A stretch of 64,000 nt of DNA, taken from contig JBCQVH010000005.1 in assembly GCA_047173185.1 (NCBI GenBank), positions 49,567-113,566 on the forward strand, in the 5' to 3' direction. Shown one piece after another: positions 59,404 through 64,000 of this stretch. The notes under the pieces are model-generated. The model was not told the DNA's origin, made no database searches, and was given only the letters and a program-made list of their open reading frames with translations. A program made the position numbers and the translations under genes. This DNA is from Rikenellaceae bacterium (GTDB lineage: Bacteria > Bacteroidota > Bacteroidia > Bacteroidales > Rikenellaceae). Each line of letters begins with the position of its first letter. Within the stretch, counting starts at the first letter, position 1.

Positions 59404-61062
59404 ATGGAGAAAATCTCAAAATATACGGTTCTAGCTACGGCGGTGATAGCTATTGTTGCGGCGGTCATGGTCGGTATGATTGTGGGTCGCGTGGCGGAGC
59501 GAAAACATACGCAGGATCAACTCGGGGAGCTTTTTAAGGGGTTCACACTGCCGCAGACACCTCAAAATAAACTATCCTACACCATCTCGCTTATCGAGAG
59601 TCAATATGTCGACCCTGTGGTGATGGACTCCTTGGCGGAGAAGGTTATACCCTCGCTCATCGAGGAGCTCGACCCCCACTCGTCATATATCCCAGCCAAG
59701 GATATGCAGAAGGTCAACGAACCTCTCGATGGTGAGTTCGAGGGCGTCGGCATCGTCTTTAACATGGCGACCGATACCGTTATTGTCCTCAATGTCATCA
59801 GCGGAGGTCCAAGCGACAAGGCTGGTGTCAAGGGGCGTGATAGGATCATCAAGATCAACGACTCAATTGTCGCAGGTCGCAAAATAGAGCAGAGTAAGAT
59901 TGTTAAACAGCTGCGCGGTAAGCGAGGATCTACGGTGCGCTTGTCGCTTGAACGTCAGGGTATTGACGACCTTGTGGATGTTGAGGTTACGCGCGACGTC
60001 ATCCCAATCAAGAGCGTTGGAGCGACCTTTATGCTTGCCGACTCCATCGGATTTTTGCAGATGTCGCAGTTTGCGCGCAACACCCACCGCGAGTTGGTGG
60101 AGGGTATCAAGAGCCTCAAAGCCCAAGGTATGAAGAAGTTGATCCTCGACCTTAGGGGCAACTCGGGCGGATACCTCGACCAAGCGATTCTCATAGCCAA
60201 CGAGTTTCTGCCCAAGGGGACACTTTTGGTCTATACGGAGGATCGCGCAGGGGAGCAGATTCGCGAGTATAGCGATGGTCGCGGAACAATTCAAGACCTA
60301 GAGATCGTGGTGTTGATAAACGAGGGTAGCGCATCGTCGAGTGAGATCCTCGCAGGTGCGATTCAGGATAACGACCGCGGAACAATCATAGGTCGCAGAT
60401 CATTTGGTAAGGGGTTGGTGCAGAGGCAAATTCCGTTCCCCGATGGATCGGCACTTCGTCTCACTACAGCGCGATACTACACACCCACAGGTCGTTCGAT
60501 ACAGAAACCATACACCCTAGGTGATGGAAAGTCATACGAAGATGAACTCTCCGAGCGCGTGAAGCATCAGGAGCTTTTCCATGCCGACAGCATCCACTTT
60601 GTTGACTCACTCAAAAAGATCACCCCCAAGGGTAAGGTGGTCTATGGTGGCGGTGGTATCATGCCCGATATCTTCGTGCCTGTCGACACAACGAGCGTTT
60701 CGAAATATTTTGTCGAGGTGTCGGGGCGTAACATCCTATACCACTACACGATAAAGTACTCCGATAAACACCGCGAGAAACTGAACGCCATCAAAACCGT
60801 TGATGAACTGCACAATCTTCTCGACAACGACAAGGATCTATTCCCCAACTTCATTGCCTACGCATCGCGAAAGGGGGTGAAGCGCAACAACGCGGAGATT
60901 AAACAGTCCAAAGCACTCATCGAGGCGCAACTTAAGGCGTACATCGGTCGAAATACACCCCTCGAAGATAATGGTTTCTACGCCAACATCTATGTCGTCG
61001 ACGAGATCATGCTCAAAGCCCTCGAAGTCCTACAATCAAAAGCAGAAAACAATGATAAGTAG
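59404..61062 (+). CDS. S41 family carboxy-terminal processing protease
   Basis: LDPHS, PDZ domain, DLRGNSGG, SASSSEI and GKGLVQ motifs. Confidence 0.95.
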   Translation: MEKISKYTVLATAVIAIVAAVMVGMIVGRVAERKHTQDQLGELFKGFTLPQTPQNKLSYTISLIESQYVDPVVMDSLAEKVIPSLIEELDPHSSYIPAKDMQKVNEPLDGEFEGVGIVFNMATDTVIVLNVISGGPSDKAGVKGRDRIIKINDSIVAGRKIEQSKIVKQLRGKRGSTVRLSLERQGIDDLVDVEVTRDVIPIKSVGATFMLADSIGFLQMSQFARNTHRELVEGIKSLKAQGMKKLILDLRGNSGGYLDQAILIANEFLPKGTLLVYTEDRAGEQIREYSDGRGTIQDLEIVVLINEGSASSSEILAGAIQDNDRGTIIGRRSFGKGLVQRQIPFPDGSALRLTTARYYTPTGRSIQKPYTLGDGKSYEDELSERVKHQELFHADSIHFVDSLKKITPKGKVVYGGGGIMPDIFVPVDTTSVSKYFVEVSGRNILYHYTIKYSDKHREKLNAIKTVDELHNLLDNDKDLFPNFIAYASRKGVKRNNAEIKQSKALIEAQLKAYIGRNTPLEDNGFYANIYVVDEIMLKALEVLQSKAENNDK

Positions 61063-61174
61063 ATTCCTTTCGGTGATATTCAGTATCATCGTGATGGTCG
61101 TCCTCGCCTTGGTCATCATCAACCATAGTAAGTTTAGCTCACTGGTGAGTGAGGCTGTATTTGAGGCTGAGTAG
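61052..61174 (+). CDS. Small single-TM protein (40 aa)
   Basis: ATG overlaps the end of the protease gene; MISRFLSVIFSIIVMVVLALVIINH hydrophobic helix. Confidence 0.5.
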   Translation: MISRFLSVIFSIIVMVVLALVIINHSKFSSLVSEAVFEAE

Positions 61175-61221
61175 GACTGAGAAAGATTGAGTAATACACA
61201 GTTTTACTCAGTCCTACTCAG
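61166..61221. repeat. Perfect 16-bp inverted repeat between convergent genes
   Basis: GCTGAGTAGGACTGAG ... CTCAGTCCTACTCAGC. Confidence 0.75.
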
Positions 61222-61249
61222 CAGCCCCCAGTTCTAAAGCGACAAATAG

Positions 61250-62956
61250 TTATCGACTCTTCGAGAAGAAGTAGCTTTTTTGGCGGCGTTTATCCTCTTG
61301 GCTACGGGCGACAATGACCTTCTCGCCTGTGTAGGGGTCTTCGCCTGTGTAGAACATCACGGATGATAGGGTCATGGGTGTGGGTGTGAGATCCTGCACC
61401 TGCTCAAGGTTGAAGTGTAGCTTGCCCAATACCTTCTGACTCAGTGCTTTCATATCTTGTTCGCGACATGCTGGATGCGAAGATATAAAGTATGGTATCA
61501 GCTGATAGGGTAGGTCGTGGCGTTTGCATATGGCTTTGAAGTCGACTGTGAGCTGCTCAAAGAGTTTGAATGATGGCTTGCGCATGATCTTCAGCACATG
61601 CTCCTCGGTGTGCTCGGGGGCAACTTTGAGACGCCCCGAGGTGTGGTATCGGAGCACTGTTTCGAGGTATGGCGACTCATCGAAGAGGTCGTAACGTATT
61701 CCGCTACCGATATATGCGCGTTTGATTCCGCGCACGTTGCGTATTTTGTTGTAGAGTCTCAGCAACGGTTTATGGTCGTTGTTGAGGTTCTTGCATGGCG
61801 ATGGGTGTAGGCAGGATGGGCGTCTGCACTTGTCGCATAGGGCGAGGTTCTTACCCCCCATGTTCCACATATTTGCCGATGGACCTCCAATATCTGATAT
61901 GTTGCCGCGGAAACCCTCCATCTCGCCAAGTCGCTCCACCTCAGCGAGTATTGACCTCTCGGAGCGTGAGGCAATGAACTTGCCTTGGTGTGCAGATATT
62001 GTGCAGAATGAGCATCCTCCGAAACATCCGCGGTGCATGTTGATCGAGAATTTTATCATCTCCCACGCTGGAATATCCCCCTTGCCACGATACTTGGGGT
62101 GTGGCGCGCGCATATATGGCAGGTCGAATGAATGATCCACCTCCGCGGTTGTGAGGGTTGGGCGCGGAGGGTTTATCACGACGAACTTGTCGCTTGTGCC
62201 CTCTACGAGCCACATCTCTTGGTTGCGGAGGTTGCTCTGCGTCTCCATGGTGACAAAGTTCTGCCCAAAGGCGCGCTTGCTCTTGCAGCACTCCTCGAAG
62301 CTGTTCATCTTCAATATCTTAGATTTGTCGAGACGCTCTACATAATCCTTGTCGGCAACATATGCGACCTGCGCGATTTTGCGCAGTAGCTTAGCGTTGA
62401 ACCCATTCTCTAGTGCCTTTGCAATCTCCTCGATCACCCCTTCGCCCATGCCGTAGGACAAAATATCTGCACCGCTCTCTATGAGCATTGATGGCTTGAG
62501 GGTGTTGCTCCAGTAGTCGTAGTGGGTCAGTCGACGCAGTGATGCCTCGATACCTCCCACCACAACGGGCTTGTGCGGAAATAGCTCTTTGAGAATCTTG
62601 GTGTATGTTGTTGCTGCGTAGTCGGGACGAAATCCAGCCTTGTTGCCAGGTGTATATGCGTCATTGCTACGTAGGCGGATGTTGGCGGTGTAGTGGTTTA
62701 CCATGGAGTCCATTGACCCTGCCGTGACGCCAAAAAAAAGTCGTGGCTCGCCAAGTTTCTTGAAGTCGCGCAGATCGTCGCGCCAGTTGGGCTGTGGGAC
62801 AATCGCCACGCGATACCCCTCAGCTTCGAGGAGACGACCGATCACCGCCGCGCCAAAAGATGGGTGGTCGATGTAGGCATCGCCCGTGAATAGTATGACA
62901 TCGAGGTAGTCCCAACCGCGGGCGCGCACCTCTTTTATTGTTGTTGGTAGAAACAT
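61250..62956 (-). CDS. ygiQ: YgiQ family radical SAM protein
   Basis: GDAYIDHPSFG, CFGGCSFC and APEH motifs. Confidence 0.92.
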   Translation of the reverse strand: MFLPTTIKEVRARGWDYLDVILFTGDAYIDHPSFGAAVIGRLLEAEGYRVAIVPQPNWRDDLRDFKKLGEPRLFFGVTAGSMDSMVNHYTANIRLRSNDAYTPGNKAGFRPDYAATTYTKILKELFPHKPVVVGGIEASLRRLTHYDYWSNTLKPSMLIESGADILSYGMGEGVIEEIAKALENGFNAKLLRKIAQVAYVADKDYVERLDKSKILKMNSFEECCKSKRAFGQNFVTMETQSNLRNQEMWLVEGTSDKFVVINPPRPTLTTAEVDHSFDLPYMRAPHPKYRGKGDIPAWEMIKFSINMHRGCFGGCSFCTISAHQGKFIASRSERSILAEVERLGEMEGFRGNISDIGGPSANMWNMGGKNLALCDKCRRPSCLHPSPCKNLNNDHKPLLRLYNKIRNVRGIKRAYIGSGIRYDLFDESPYLETVLRYHTSGRLKVAPEHTEEHVLKIMRKPSFKLFEQLTVDFKAICKRHDLPYQLIPYFISSHPACREQDMKALSQKVLGKLHFNLEQVQDLTPTPMTLSSVMFYTGEDPYTGEKVIVARSQEDKRRQKSYFFSKSR

Positions 62957-64000
62957 ATATCTAAATATCGTGCGTAATCTAAATCGTTAAACTCCTTGTA
63001 TTGAGCGAAATACCCAACGTGAATAGGCAACCTCTCGATATCTTTGCGGAGCATCTTGCGACTCCGAAATAGCTTGGTGTAGAGCCAATTCATCACCTCG
63101 GAGTTGAGGAGTTGCGCAACCTCGTCATATCCTATCGGGAGTGGCTTGTCAATTATCAACGCGTTGGCACTGTTGAGGAGGTAGCGACCCTCGCGATCTA
63201 CGGCAAAGGTCAACCGCTTGGATATAAATCTATATATCAACTTCTCGTGTGCCTCGTATATCTCACGCGGAGCATGTTGCTGATACAGAGTGAGATCCGC
63301 GGATGCAAATATCGTTGCTGGAGCTATGCCGTTGGGCGATATGTCAATCCCTCGCGTCAGCGGAATATACCCCTTTCGCGGTTTTTGGGTGCAGTGTCGT
63401 TCGTTGTCGCCCGTCACAATTCCAAGCCCCCAACGACACCCCTCAGCGAGGGTCATATGCTCCTTGGCGAAGATCCGCTCTATCTGCTCAGCCTCCTCAT
63501 TGTTAGCCCAGAAGTTAATGATACTCTTGGGATTAGCTCCAAATGACGCAATTTTGCGCAGGTGGTCAGCATCCTCGTATCGACATCGACACTCGTCATC
63601 CTCGTGGGCATCTGTTGCCTCGACAATCACCGCCTGTGCTCGCGTCATTAACCCCTTGAATGGACGCCTGAAGTCGGTGATTGACAATACTTTACGCTTT
63701 AATAGCTCCTTGCGTCCCCACTCGAATGCCCCGATATTGAAAAACGACTCAGGCATGAGGAGTCCAACAGCTCCGCCGCGCGCGACACTCTCGAAAATCG
63801 CGCACATGAATATCACCGATGAGTCGATCTTGGATGGCGAGTTGTACCGCTTGGCGAGGGCGTTGCGCGTTGCGTAGTCTATGTGTTTTCCCCACGGTGG
63901 ATTTGTAAAGATATAATCAAAACTTATAGCTAGCGGACTCTGCAAAAAGTCCCTACACTCAATATTCACCCCCTTGGGTAATCTTTCGCGCGCAAACTCA
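62935..64000 (-). CDS. N6-adenine DNA methyltransferase with TaqI-like C-terminal specificity domain (5' end outside the window)
   Basis: NPPW catalytic motif, GIVTGDN and KLIYRFI motifs; the frame stays open to the window edge. Confidence 0.85.
   Translation of the reverse strand, partial: EFARERLPKGVNIECRDFLQSPLAISFDYIFTNPPWGKHIDYATRNALAKRYNSPSKIDSSVIFMCAIFESVARGGAVGLLMPESFFNIGAFEWGRKELLKRKVLSITDFRRPFKGLMTRAQAVIVEATDAHEDDECRCRYEDADHLRKIASFGANPKSIINFWANNEEAEQIERIFAKEHMTLAEGCRWGLGIVTGDNERHCTQKPRKGYIPLTRGIDISPNGIAPATIFASADLTLYQQHAPREIYEAHEKLIYRFISKRLTFAVDREGRYLLNSANALIIDKPLPIGYDEVAQLLNSEVMNWLYTKLFRSRKMLRKDIERLPIHVGYFAQYKEFNDLDYARYLDICFYQQQ

Noticed and set aside
14173-63877. Many alternative-frame and antisense ORFs (e.g. 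20469-21311, 35394-36074, 42319-43170, 56005-56679)
   Set aside because: They are shadows of well-supported genes, explained by codon bias, and carry no recognisable motifs.

Overview
Bacteroidota chromosome segment, most likely Rikenellaceae/Alistipes-like, judged from TAnnTTTG promoters, a SulA-type sulfonolipid synthase and the gene content. Bases 1 to ~13,100 are the right-hand part of an integrative element that ends at the 3' end of tRNA-Pro(GGG). It carries an AbiEii toxin, HTH and excisionase genes, a primase-associated P-loop NTPase with an iteron-rich region, a Toprim primase, a decayed mob module, a YobI/KAP-type membrane NTPase and a C5-MTase/endonuclease/C5-MTase restriction-modification system. 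The rest is mostly housekeeping genes (galM, gltX, ychF, proS, guaAB, rnpA, ispH, cmk, recG, korAB, nfo, two more tRNAs), plus a fimbrillin-LRR lipoprotein, a Xus-like iron-uptake locus and an orphan GH16. The least explained signals are two families of dispersed non-coding elements, each present twice. One is a ~200-bp multi-hairpin element with strong compensatory base changes and GNA/GNNA loops, lying between convergent genes (34347-34549 and 49699-49905). The other is a 168-bp TA-flanked near-palindrome with strand-biased G-T pairs (896-1063 and 13310-13477). Protein calls come from motif recognition by eye; no searches were run.
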